Source: a virus
Lineage: Duplodnaviria > Heunggongvirae > Uroviricota > Caudoviricetes
Direction: 5' to 3' (one strand)
DNA length: 60,460 bases
Virus record (IMG/VR): IMGVR_UViG_3300032167_002916
A program made the translations under genes and the position numbers. This document shows, piece after piece, positions 17,260 through 26,284 of this stretch. Numbering within the stretch: the stretch's first letter is position 1; every line of letters starts with the position of its first letter. A model generated the notes under the pieces. That model was not told where the DNA came from. It was given only the letters and a program-made list of their open reading frames with translations, and ran no database searches.

Positions 17260-17733
17260 ATGAATATTGTTGAAGTGTGCCACAAGTGTGGAGGAAAATC
17301 ATTCTGGTTCGAAGTACCAGATGAACTAAAAGATATGATTCACGAAGGTAGTAGTGTTGTGTGCAGTACCAAGGTTGGTAATTCTGCAGGCATCGCACAA
17401 ACATCTGTGTTCTCTGGAGACGGCATTGAAATGATTGCAGTTCAGAACGGAGCAACATTGCCGCTCAAGAGCGTTATCGCTGTCCAAGTAAATTTCCCTA
17501 TGAGTGAAATTAAGATCGGAAACCATATGAAAGCAACGAGACCAGCAAGAAAGAAGATCCAGGAGCGTTTGGTGGAATACTACAAGGACGAAAAGTTCTA
17601 TACTAGAGTTTCAATAGATAAACGTGGATATCTGGTCGATGGTTACTCCGCATATCTGGTTGCCAAGATGTTTGATCTCAAAGAAATCCCGGTAGTGTTG
17701 GAGGCAAAACGTGACGCAGAGAGACTGGCATAG
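17260..17733 (+). CDS. Hypothetical protein with C-terminal ParB-like segment
   Basis: VSIDKRGYLVDGYSAYLVAK..DLKEIPV resembles the ParB N-terminal core. Confidence 0.5.
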   Translation: MNIVEVCHKCGGKSFWFEVPDELKDMIHEGSSVVCSTKVGNSAGIAQTSVFSGDGIEMIAVQNGATLPLKSVIAVQVNFPMSEIKIGNHMKATRPARKKIQERLVEYYKDEKFYTRVSIDKRGYLVDGYSAYLVAKMFDLKEIPVVLEAKRDAERLA

Positions 17734-17956
17734 ATTATTTACAGATGAAGAGTTGGAAGCATATGGAAGACTAGCTGACGATTGGGAAATTGCCTGGAAA
17801 GGCATGAATCAATGGGTAAGGTATAACTCGGATGGTTCATATACATTTTCATATACCCCTTTCAAAAAAGAGGAAAAGGTATCTGAGCAGGAATTAAAGC
17901 TTGGTGATACCAAACCTTTAGATGATTTCCTTGAAACATTTGCAATAAAGGAGTAA
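17711..17956 (+). CDS. Hypothetical protein with DTKPLDDFL tail
   Basis: SD GGAGG with GTG start. Confidence 0.55.
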   Translation: MTQRDWHRLFTDEELEAYGRLADDWEIAWKGMNQWVRYNSDGSYTFSYTPFKKEEKVSEQELKLGDTKPLDDFLETFAIKE

Positions 17957-17960
17957 ATAA

Positions 17961-18770
17961 ATGAGTCATTTTACAGTTGCAGTTTTTAGTAATAAAGATG
18001 GCAGTAGCGTAGAAGAGCTGCTTGCAAAATACGATGAAAATATCGTAGTCGAACCATATGTTGAGTATACGAGGGAGCAGTTAATCGCCAAAGAGCGCAA
18101 AGATATGTTGGATTATCAGGCCGGTACATATGCAGAGTACCTAAGAAATCCGGAAGAATATCTCGAAAGATACTGTCGCGGTGATCGAGAAAATCAGCAC
18201 TATAAGTATCTGAGCGAAGAATTCCCTAAACGCCTGGATTGGTCTGATGGCGAGCTATATTTACACGGCATTCGATATTATGAAGCAGATCGGATCGGTG
18301 AAAATGGCGAGGTCTATTCAACTTACAATCCCGATTCCAAATGGGACTGGTATGTGGTCGGCGGTAGATTCTCTGGTATGCTTTTAAGAAAGTCAACCAA
18401 TAGCGCTGAGTCTGATTGGGTCGACGAAGCATTCGCTGCGGATATTGACTTTGAAAAGATGCGGCGTGAAGCAAAAAAAGAGTTAACTCCATATAATGAG
18501 TATCTCGAAAACAGCTTCTATTCTAAAGAATATTTGTTGAGGAGATACCCCGATGAAGCGACTTATGAGAAGAGAATGACAAACTTCTCAACCTATGCAG
18601 TTGTAACACCAGACGGAAAATGGCACGCTCCCGGTGAAATGGGTTGGTTTGGCTGCAGTACCGAATCAGATGATGAAGATGCGGTATGGCATGATACCTA
18701 TTACGAAAGATTTATTAAGCCGGCAATCGAGAATGGTTGGTACCTCACTATTGTAGATTGCCATATCTAA
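17961..18770 (+). CDS. Conserved hypothetical phage protein
   Basis: MSHFTVAV start, YNPDSKWDWYVVGGRFSG, AVVTPDGKWH..GEMGWFG, VDCHI end. Confidence 0.8.
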   Translation: MSHFTVAVFSNKDGSSVEELLAKYDENIVVEPYVEYTREQLIAKERKDMLDYQAGTYAEYLRNPEEYLERYCRGDRENQHYKYLSEEFPKRLDWSDGELYLHGIRYYEADRIGENGEVYSTYNPDSKWDWYVVGGRFSGMLLRKSTNSAESDWVDEAFAADIDFEKMRREAKKELTPYNEYLENSFYSKEYLLRRYPDEATYEKRMTNFSTYAVVTPDGKWHAPGEMGWFGCSTESDDEDAVWHDTYYERFIKPAIENGWYLTIVDCHI

Positions 18771-19160
18771 AACAAGTGCCCGATTGAGATAACATATCAC
18801 GGCTGTAAGAGGCGGTCGGATTCCAAGGTGGCGTGCGTGAAGCATGACCGGGCGATAAAGAAACGGCGGTTAGGTGGGTTGTAACACCGAAGTGTAGCTC
18901 TGAAATATGCGCAGGACTTAGCCGCACACAGATGGTAACACTGACTGATTTTACGGAATCAGCGTGAAGGTGCAACGGGTTTGGATACAGTAGGCGTAAC
19001 GCCGTTTGCCTTGTCATATGACAAGTATCCCCGATAATCCAAACCGAAATACCTTGGTAGGATAAGATGGGAAACACTAACACCCCTGCTCTCCGATAGA
19101 CAAGCTGAATTATCGTCATGCGTAAAGGCAATGGGTGAGGCTGAGAGTGGAGTCTCTTGT
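18771..19160 (+). ncRNA. Putative large structured RNA of unknown family
   Basis: ~410-nt intergenic gap with several helices: 18866-75/18916-25, 18945-50/18957-62, 18978-86/19037-45, 18823-29/19051-57, palindrome 19010-25. Confidence 0.65.
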
Positions 19161-19181
19161 ACAACAAAAGGTGGTGCAATA

Positions 19182-19667
19182 ATGATAGATCTGGGAAATT
19201 GTTATTTCTGTTGTGATGAATGCCCAATTATTGAAGGGTTAGATCATCGCTTGAAGTTAGCAGAAGAATACGGTGAGTTGCAGCTCGAATATTGTGGATG
19301 CGATAAGACCGAGTATGAGTTTTTCCTTGGTGGTTATTGTACAGATGCCTACTTACCTAAAGAGAAACGCAAACGTCGTGGTCAACGAAAGACCGGCAGT
19401 GCTTATCGAAGACAAATGAAAAAGCAAAAGTTTGAACGTGCTAAAAAGATTGCAACTAGAACATATAATCCAGCTGCAGGCTATGTTGATTGGGAATACG
19501 TAAATGGGGAACTGATTCCGGTTGGGAAATATTTGAAATACCCGAAGAATTCTAATAAGCAACAGTACTTCAAACGTTACTCGAATAAAATAGTACGCCG
19601 GACTAGCTTACCATTAAAGGGTAATGCTTACCGGCGTTGTTTTGATTATTGGTGGACAATGTATTGA
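19182..19667 (+). CDS. Cys-rich, basic hypothetical protein
   Basis: SD AAGGTGG supports ATG 19182; N-terminal Cys cluster, K/R-rich middle. Confidence 0.65.
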   Translation: MIDLGNCYFCCDECPIIEGLDHRLKLAEEYGELQLEYCGCDKTEYEFFLGGYCTDAYLPKEKRKRRGQRKTGSAYRRQMKKQKFERAKKIATRTYNPAAGYVDWEYVNGELIPVGKYLKYPKNSNKQQYFKRYSNKIVRRTSLPLKGNAYRRCFDYWWTMY

Positions 19668-19691
19668 GCGGTTCGCCTATACATAGATGGA

Positions 19692-20036
19692 GTGGTTGAG
19701 ATAGAACAGCAAAATGTTATTGCGGTAATCAATCAAGTATGTGAAAGACTAAATATCCTAGAGGGCGATACAAACGACATTCGTATACATATGAGTGAAC
19801 AGCTCGATTACATGGAGTACAAATTGGGAAATTGCCAATCTCTTGCACAGTCAGCATATGAATGTGCTAATGTTAGTTACTCGTATGAACGGGTTCTTGA
19901 TGAAATCGTAGAGCGAGTTACCGAATCAGTGGCAGAACGAGTACTGGATCGAGTTTGGAAGATGATCGATGATGCAAAAGAAGCGCCCAGTGAAAAAGAG
20001 TTTTTAACAAGCATTGAAAGATTGCTTTTGAAATAA
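19692..20036 (+). CDS. Coiled-coil hypothetical protein
   Basis: Start uncertain: GTG 19692 overlaps the SD, in-frame ATA 19701 is at SD distance. Confidence 0.55.
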   Translation: MVEIEQQNVIAVINQVCERLNILEGDTNDIRIHMSEQLDYMEYKLGNCQSLAQSAYECANVSYSYERVLDEIVERVTESVAERVLDRVWKMIDDAKEAPSEKEFLTSIERLLLK

Positions 20037-20047
20037 GAGGTAAACAA

Positions 20048-20446
20048 ATGGGTTATTACACAGATTATGATTTAGTTGCGTACTACTACAAGAACGATCC
20101 CTGCTGCAGTCAAGTTATCACTGGGAATCTACATGGAGAAATGTTAGATGCAGTCGAGAGAGAAGTTGACCAGATGCACATCCTTGACAAAGGTTATGAA
20201 AATGCCAGATGGTACGTAAATGCGAAGTGGTATGAATACGAAGCAGACATGTGTTTACTTTCGTCAAAGTTTCCAGATGTTATGTTTGAACTCTCAGGAC
20301 AGGGCGAAGATTCAGAAGATATGTGGATGGCGTATTTTTACCAAGGTAAAACACAGCACTGTCCAGCGATCATCACATTCGATGCCTTGGATTTGAAAAA
20401 GATGATTCCCAAAGAATTACCACAAGAATATTATTATCGAAGCTAA
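20048..20446 (+). CDS. Conserved hypothetical phage protein
   Basis: MGYYTDY, KWYEYE.DM..LS..FPDV.FEL.G.GED. Confidence 0.7.
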   Translation: MGYYTDYDLVAYYYKNDPCCSQVITGNLHGEMLDAVEREVDQMHILDKGYENARWYVNAKWYEYEADMCLLSSKFPDVMFELSGQGEDSEDMWMAYFYQGKTQHCPAIITFDALDLKKMIPKELPQEYYYRS

Positions 20447-20474
20447 GTTTACATAATTCAGAAAGGAGAGAACT

Positions 20475-21077
20475 ATGAGTACAGTAAAGATTTCCAGAGG
20501 AAACAGTAAACTAGGCCAGATCCCAAGCGTTTCTCTTCCTTCTGTTATAACTTGCAGAGAGTGTGCATGTCAGAATAAATGTTATGCAAGAAAGCTGGAG
20601 AGATTAAGGCCGGCTGTTCGTAATGCCTACAAGCACAATCTGGATGTGCTAAATAATGATCCTCATACTTATTGGCGGGAGGTCGAAGCATCGATTATGA
20701 TGTCTCGATTCTTCCGCTTTCATGTTTCTGGCGACATCCCAGATGCTGAGTACTTGGCAAATATGGTATCAATCGCTAACCGAAATACTCATTGTGAAAT
20801 TCTATGCTTTACGAAGAAGTTTGAAATAGTCAATGAGTTTATTGGAAAGGGCGGTATGGTGCCGGCTAATTTACATTTAATTTTCAGCGGTTGGATTGGT
20901 TTGGAAATGAATAACCCATATCAATTACCTGAAGCCCATGTCAGATATCGCAATGGTTTTACAACGGCCCGTGAAGATGCGATTGGTTGCAACGGTAACT
21001 GTACCGAATGTGCACAAACTGATGGCGGTTGCTGGGCTTTGAAGAAGGGCGAACAAGTAGTATTTGACGAACACTAA
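20475..21077 (+). CDS. GP88-like Cys-rich protein
   Basis: GNSKLG..SLP...C..C...CYA, FRFHVSGD, FTKK, C.G.C..C. Confidence 0.7.
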   Translation: MSTVKISRGNSKLGQIPSVSLPSVITCRECACQNKCYARKLERLRPAVRNAYKHNLDVLNNDPHTYWREVEASIMMSRFFRFHVSGDIPDAEYLANMVSIANRNTHCEILCFTKKFEIVNEFIGKGGMVPANLHLIFSGWIGLEMNNPYQLPEAHVRYRNGFTTAREDAIGCNGNCTECAQTDGGCWALKKGEQVVFDEH

Positions 21078-21088
21078 GGAGTGAGACT

Positions 21089-22021
21089 TTGACTCAAAAA
21101 CATTACATGGATATTACCCATCTGAAGCCAGCTCTGGCAGATGGGTTTCAAGCCGGTGATGAAGTTATCATCCAAGAAAAAATTGATGGTGCTAACTTCT
21201 CCATTCGGTATGACAGAGAGAGTGACCAAGTGATGGCTTTCTCAAGAAAGAAGGAGCTGAACTATTCCGAGACTTTAAGAGGTGCTTGGAATTGGTCGCA
21301 GCAGCTAGATAAGAAACTGGTTGCAGAAACGTTAGGTGATAATCTAATTCTCTTCGGAGAATGGTTGTGCAAGCATACAGTTTTATATCCTGCAGATAGA
21401 TACAGTAAACCGTATTTTTATGATGTATACGATGTTTCCAATGAAAAGTATCTGCCACAATCTGATACAAAACAGATTATTGAGAAGCTGGGTCTTACAT
21501 ATGTCCCGGTGTTCTATGAAGGAAAGTTTGATTCCTGGGAACATGCTATGCAGTTTGTTGGTAAGACACAACTCGGCGGTGAATACGGTGAGGGTATCGT
21601 TATCAAGAATATGACGAGGCTAAATGATCCTAATACTCGTTTGCCATTCTATACCAAGATTGTGTGTGAACAGTTTTCTGAAACCAAACCTATCAAAAAG
21701 AGGCTTCCTCCCGACCCCGTTGAATTAGCAGAGCGTGAACGAGCCACAGCGTTGACTGCATCAATCGTAACTGATGGTAGGGTTCGCAAGCTAATCCATA
21801 AGTTCGTAGATGAAGCCCTCATCCCAGAGGATTGGGATGAACGGCATATGGCTATCATCGCGAAGAACCTCGGCAAAGCTGTTTACAATGACTGTGTTAA
21901 AGAGGAGCCGGAAACAGTCGCTGAAATCGGTCAGCTTTTCGGTAAGTTTGCAAGTTCTACAGCAATGAAAATTGCAAGAGATATTCTTGCGGAACGAAAC
22001 AGCATTCCGCTCTATGCATGA
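21089..22021 (+). CDS. RNA ligase (Rnl2-like nucleotidyltransferase)
   Basis: Motif I EKIDGANFS, FGEWL, YFYDV, EGIVIK, YTK. Confidence 0.82.
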   Translation: MTQKHYMDITHLKPALADGFQAGDEVIIQEKIDGANFSIRYDRESDQVMAFSRKKELNYSETLRGAWNWSQQLDKKLVAETLGDNLILFGEWLCKHTVLYPADRYSKPYFYDVYDVSNEKYLPQSDTKQIIEKLGLTYVPVFYEGKFDSWEHAMQFVGKTQLGGEYGEGIVIKNMTRLNDPNTRLPFYTKIVCEQFSETKPIKKRLPPDPVELAERERATALTASIVTDGRVRKLIHKFVDEALIPEDWDERHMAIIAKNLGKAVYNDCVKEEPETVAEIGQLFGKFASSTAMKIARDILAERNSIPLYA

Positions 22022-22032
22022 CGGAGGTATAG

Positions 22033-22605
22033 ATGGCAATATACTACATCTCTGATCTGCATTTTGGTCATGCAAATATTATTAAGTTCGATAATCGCCC
22101 GTTTGATTCTGTCGAAGAGATGGAAGAGGAGATTGTCAAGCGGTGGAACAAACGAGTAAAACCTCAAGATACAGTAAATATCTTGGGTGATTTTTGCTGG
22201 AAGACAGAGTCTGAGTGGATCAGGATTCTACAGCGGCTAAACGGAAACAAAGTCCTCATTCGAGGAAATCATGATCCAAAGCAGGTTTCAGGGAAACTAC
22301 GAAAGTACTTTGCAGATGTGAAGGATTATAAAGAGATCATTGATAATGGGCGTAGGGTTTGTATGAGTCACTTCCCAATGCTGCTTCATAAGCATTCATA
22401 CGATCCAAATTGCTACATGCTTTGCGGTCACGTCCATATCACATCTGAAAACGATTGGTTGGAAAAGTGGCGATCTGAACTGAGAGAACATCGGCATAAG
22501 AGAGCCGCAAATCAAGGAAACATAATTAACGTAGGAGCCATGATGCCCTATGTGGATTATACACCGAGAACACTAGATGAACTTATTGAAGGAGTTGGTT
22601 TCTAA
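22033..22605 (+). CDS. Calcineurin-like metallophosphoesterase
   Basis: SDLHFGH, LGDF, GNHD, SHFP, CGHVH. Confidence 0.9.
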   Translation: MAIYYISDLHFGHANIIKFDNRPFDSVEEMEEEIVKRWNKRVKPQDTVNILGDFCWKTESEWIRILQRLNGNKVLIRGNHDPKQVSGKLRKYFADVKDYKEIIDNGRRVCMSHFPMLLHKHSYDPNCYMLCGHVHITSENDWLEKWRSELREHRHKRAANQGNIINVGAMMPYVDYTPRTLDELIEGVGF

Positions 22606-22883
22606 TGATGGATTATGTAATTAAGGACATTAAGTCCAAGCGAACAGACGGATGGGTTAATCCATGTCATGCTGATGTGTTGGGTAAGCCCTGTAAGATT
22701 ACCTCTCTGATGGAAGGATACAGCGCAATGCTGATGCTTGGTCAAGAAGAGGGTATGGAACACATGAACTACCTACATACTTCAACTGTCTACAGTTTTG
22801 AAGAACAGGAAGACGGCTGCGTAATCATTAACACGAGAAACTCTATTTACACACTGGAACCGATCGGCGGCGATGATAAGTGA
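22605..22883 (+). CDS. Hypothetical phage protein
   Basis: Coupled; TSTV...TRNSIY.LE. Confidence 0.6.
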   Translation: MMDYVIKDIKSKRTDGWVNPCHADVLGKPCKITSLMEGYSAMLMLGQEEGMEHMNYLHTSTVYSFEEQEDGCVIINTRNSIYTLEPIGGDDK

Positions 22884-24043
22884 TATACTTAGACAATGCT
22901 GCTACGACTCAGATTGATCCAGAAGTTTTAGAGGCTATGATGCCATACTTAACCAATGAGTATGGCAATCCAGGCAGCCTGTACAGTCATGGACGAAAGG
23001 CAAGAGAGGCCGTTGAGAATGCCAGACGGCAAGTTGCAGCGTTTTTGAACGCAGAACCGGAGCAAATTATCTTCACATCTGGCGGAACCGAAGCAAATAA
23101 TATGGTGTTCGCAATTACGCAACATTTATTGGAGAAGTCCGGAAGAAAAAGAGTTGCTTTTACGGCTATAGAACACGATTCTGTGATAAAAGCGGCTCGT
23201 AGAATGAAGATAAAACACGGATTTGATGTTACAAAGATCCCAGTAAATACTGTCGGCAGTGCATCTCATATGGTGCTTAGCGATTACTATATCAATGACT
23301 CCATGGGTTTGATTTCTATGATGTTTTCGAATAATGAAATCGGAGTCCTTAATTTAGTCCATATGATTTCTGAAAAATGCCATGAACATGGAATCTTGTT
23401 TCATACAGACTGTGTACAAGCTGCAGGGTATAATGTGCTCGACGCAAAAAGAATTGGTTGCGATTTTTTAACAATCTCATCTCACAAAATACACGGACCA
23501 AAAGGCGTTGGCGCTTTGTTTGTGAAGAATCCAAGAGATGTTGAACCGATGATTTTAGGAGGGGCAAACCAAGAGTTTGGTCTTCGCGGCGGCACAGAAA
23601 ATGTTGCGGGTATTGTAGGTTTTGGTAAGGCTTGCGAAATATCAAAGCGAAATCATTCTGAAATTGTTACCAAGATAGTTGATCTCAGGTGCGAATTCGT
23701 ATGTGAATTTATGAATCGAATGAAGACATATGGAATTGATAATAGGGTATCGATCAATGGTGACGTCTATAGCGGGAAAACTATCAATTTGAGAGTTGAC
23801 GGAATAGAAGCAGAAACGCTGCTCTTAATGTTAGATGGTTTGGGAATTTGTATTTCATCTGGATCTGCATGCAATAGCAGAGAATCTGTACCAAGCCATG
23901 TATTAAAAGCAATCGGGCTATCCGACGAACAAGCAGCAAGTTCTTTCCGGGTCTCGTTCTCAAAAATGAACACCGAAGAAGATGTGAAAACCGCAGCACA
24001 AACAATTGCCGATTGTATCAATATACTACTAGCTAATAATTAG
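22880..24043 (+). CDS. iscS: Cysteine desulfurase (IscS/NifS, PLP-dependent)
   Basis: MIYLDNAATT, FTSGGTEANN, HTDCVQA, SSHKIHGPKG, SSGSAC catalytic Cys. Confidence 0.95.
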   Translation: MIYLDNAATTQIDPEVLEAMMPYLTNEYGNPGSLYSHGRKAREAVENARRQVAAFLNAEPEQIIFTSGGTEANNMVFAITQHLLEKSGRKRVAFTAIEHDSVIKAARRMKIKHGFDVTKIPVNTVGSASHMVLSDYYINDSMGLISMMFSNNEIGVLNLVHMISEKCHEHGILFHTDCVQAAGYNVLDAKRIGCDFLTISSHKIHGPKGVGALFVKNPRDVEPMILGGANQEFGLRGGTENVAGIVGFGKACEISKRNHSEIVTKIVDLRCEFVCEFMNRMKTYGIDNRVSINGDVYSGKTINLRVDGIEAETLLLMLDGLGICISSGSACNSRESVPSHVLKAIGLSDEQAASSFRVSFSKMNTEEDVKTAAQTIADCINILLANN

Positions 24044-24047
24044 CAAG

Positions 24048-24281
24048 ATGAAGCAGAAAGATATATTGAGTAAGATCCCGAGTACAGAAATTGAGTGGAC
24101 TGTATATTTTAATCGTGACGAAATACCTATATTTTTGGTAACGAGTAAAGAATCAAGAGACTTCTATTTCTTATACGAAATATTAAACGGTGGGTTCAAA
24201 AGATTAGGCAAGGCAATTTCACCTATTGCATTAGAAGAAAAATATAAGGTCATAGAGCGAATGAGAAATAATGCCAAGTGA
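24048..24281 (+). CDS. Hypothetical small protein
   Basis: Tiles after iscS; weak SD. Confidence 0.55.
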   Translation: MKQKDILSKIPSTEIEWTVYFNRDEIPIFLVTSKESRDFYFLYEILNGGFKRLGKAISPIALEEKYKVIERMRNNAK

Positions 24282-24544
24282 CTTTCTGCAAGGAGGTGAT
24301 ACCAGTGGCTTATTTTTGTAACGCGGCCAATTGTCCTTTTGTTGACTGTAAATTCAAATTTCGTAATGTACCAGCAGTTGTAAATGGTGAGGAAGTGAAC
24401 TTTTACAATCTGGAAAGCGCATGTAGTCGAATATCGGAATTAAAAGCACACCAAATTAACATGAATAACCATAGATACCGGGCACGATACGAAAGAGAAG
24501 TTAGAACAGGTAAGCGTATTCCTTTCCCGGAGCTTAACGAATAA
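24278..24544 (+). CDS. Cys-containing hypothetical protein
   Basis: SD AAGGAGGTG supports GTG 24305. Confidence 0.55.
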   Translation: MTFCKEVIPVAYFCNAANCPFVDCKFKFRNVPAVVNGEEVNFYNLESACSRISELKAHQINMNNHRYRARYEREVRTGKRIPFPELNE

Positions 24545-24559
24545 TCCAGGAGGAACAAA

Positions 24560-24760
24560 ATCACGGATAAGAAGTGTTGTAATTTATGTGGACTCGAATT
24601 AGATATTTGGGATTTGCACGAAGATCTGTCAATTGACAAAGAGAGACTGGGGTACGGAACCGCTTATGATGGTGATTCCGTACACCTCAGATTTTGCTGC
24701 AGCTGCTTCAATAAATTAGTGGAGTCATGTAAGATAACACCAATCATTGAGCGCTGGTAA
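24560..24760 (+). CDS. 66-aa zinc-finger protein with non-canonical ATC start (absent from ORF track)
   Basis: SD AGGAGG 6 nt before ATC; (M)TDKKCCNLCG...LGYGTAYDGD..LRFCCSCFNKLVESCKITPI. Confidence 0.6.
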   Translation: MTDKKCCNLCGLELDIWDLHEDLSIDKERLGYGTAYDGDSVHLRFCCSCFNKLVESCKITPIIERW

Positions 24761-24786
24761 ATGAAATTGTAAATTATTTAATAGGC

Positions 24787-24815
24787 TTGACACAACACAT
24801 GTAGTTTGATATACT
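24787..24815 (+). promoter_or_regulatory. sigmaA/sigma70-type promoter
   Basis: TTGACA-17 bp-TATACT upstream of the mazF-like gene. Confidence 0.85.
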
Positions 24816-24863
24816 TTCTTCAGAAGATACATATTTTTAGGCTGACGAAAGGAGCTGACATTT

Positions 24864-25292
24864 TTGAATAACACCCAGAATGCAAGAGTGCCGAAAATCG
24901 GAGATGTCTATATGGCAATGTTCGATGGTGACGACAGCGAGCAGACCGGGTTAAGACCTGCGCTAATTTTCCAGAATAATGTAGGTAATCGCCATAGCCC
25001 CAACGTAATTGTCCTGCCTTTAACCAGTAAGGTGAAGAAAAAGTATCTTCCTACCCATGTGATTGTGCCAGCGAAGGAAACAGGGTTGAACAGAACCAGT
25101 ATGGTTTTATGTGAAAACCCTATGAGTATTTCAAAAAATAAATTGGGTGCGTACTGCACAACTTTACCCGGTGAATATATGGGAAAGATTGCAGAGGCTC
25201 ACCTATTAGCAACATCGGCAATTTCGTTTGTTGATCCTTCAGTTATGGCATCTATATGGGAAAAAGCGTCAAAACTTAATTCTGTTACATAG
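24864..25292 (+). CDS. mazF: PemK/MazF family endoribonuclease
   Basis: GDVY, EQTGLRPALIFQNNVGN, IVLPLTSK, HV, VLCE..SISK..L. Confidence 0.9.
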   Translation: MNNTQNARVPKIGDVYMAMFDGDDSEQTGLRPALIFQNNVGNRHSPNVIVLPLTSKVKKKYLPTHVIVPAKETGLNRTSMVLCENPMSISKNKLGAYCTTLPGEYMGKIAEAHLLATSAISFVDPSVMASIWEKASKLNSVT

Positions 25293-25309
25293 CTGCTAGG
25301 AGGGGCGAA

Positions 25310-26272
25310 ATGTATAATGAAGAATTGAAAAATGATTTTTTGGAGTACTTCAAACAAAAACGTCCAGAAGAGGCGGTTGAGTTTTGCATATCAACATTCC
25401 AGTCTTGTGAGCCATTTGAGCAAGATTGGGATGCGGATCTCTGCACAAAGACCGCAGATCAACTCAGCCCAATGATCGAAGAATTGGTTGGGCTAAGAGT
25501 AAAAAGTAAATGGAAGCGCATTATTCTGCTGAAAGAATATGTCAACTGGTGCATTGCAATTGGCTATCCAGGAGTTTGCGATGGAATGTTAAAAATAGAA
25601 TCTGTCGGGTTAAAGAAGGTGCGGACACAAATGGTCTCCGGGCCGCTGCACCTCCAAAGATACTTGGATGAGATTTTCGAACCAGAGAATGAGGAAACGG
25701 TTGACAACATATATAGGTGCTGTTTCTGGCTTTCATATATGGGTGTGGATGAAGAAGATATCGTAGCAATAAAATGTAGCGATGTTAACTTGGAGAAACG
25801 CACATTAAATTATAAAGGCCAGGAATTAGAACTATATTCTATCTCTGTTCCTGCTTTCAGAAATGCCGCTAAGCTGACGGAATTTCGGTTCAAACATCCT
25901 AATTATGCAGACAAATTTGTCATGAGAGAACGTGCTGCAGGCGATGTATTGATTCGCGGTATTCGAAATGCGCCAAGTACAATGGCTATTAGGTCGGAGC
26001 TTTCACGTAGATCCAAAAAGGCTATTGAGGATGGTAATACGCAGTCAAGAATCAGCCTTCAGAGAGCAAGACTATCGGGTATGTTCTATAAAAAGTATGA
26101 ATTAGAGCGAGCAGGGTGCCCAGTAAGCTTTGAGGATGTTACAGAAAAATTTATCGGCGAAAAAGTTTATAAGCTGGACAAAGGAAGAAATACGCAAGAA
26201 GCAAAAAAGAGACAGATAATGAATGATTATTTGCAAGATTACCAACGGTGGAAAGCTGCGTTTATAGTATAG
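25310..26272 (+). CDS. Tyrosine-recombinase-fold protein with degenerate active site (MrpR/YopR-like repressor candidate)
   Basis: MYNEELK..FL start, SAM-like N-domain, box I reads YMGVDEEDIVAIKCSDV (no catalytic Arg), box II lacks His. Confidence 0.6.
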   Translation: MYNEELKNDFLEYFKQKRPEEAVEFCISTFQSCEPFEQDWDADLCTKTADQLSPMIEELVGLRVKSKWKRIILLKEYVNWCIAIGYPGVCDGMLKIESVGLKKVRTQMVSGPLHLQRYLDEIFEPENEETVDNIYRCCFWLSYMGVDEEDIVAIKCSDVNLEKRTLNYKGQELELYSISVPAFRNAAKLTEFRFKHPNYADKFVMRERAAGDVLIRGIRNAPSTMAIRSELSRRSKKAIEDGNTQSRISLQRARLSGMFYKKYELERAGCPVSFEDVTEKFIGEKVYKLDKGRNTQEAKKRQIMNDYLQDYQRWKAAFIV

Positions 26273-26284
26273 AGAGGATAATTC

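Noticed and set aside
18771-19160. Group I or II intron, RNase P or tmRNA identity for the structured region
   Set aside because: It starts with GTGCCCG but has no domain V; no group I P7/R-S motifs, no RNase P GAGGAAAGTCC and no tRNA-like ends.
25310-26272. Functional phage integrase
   Set aside because: Box I Arg is replaced (GVD) and box II His is absent; no att-like site is adjacent; the context is an internal operon.
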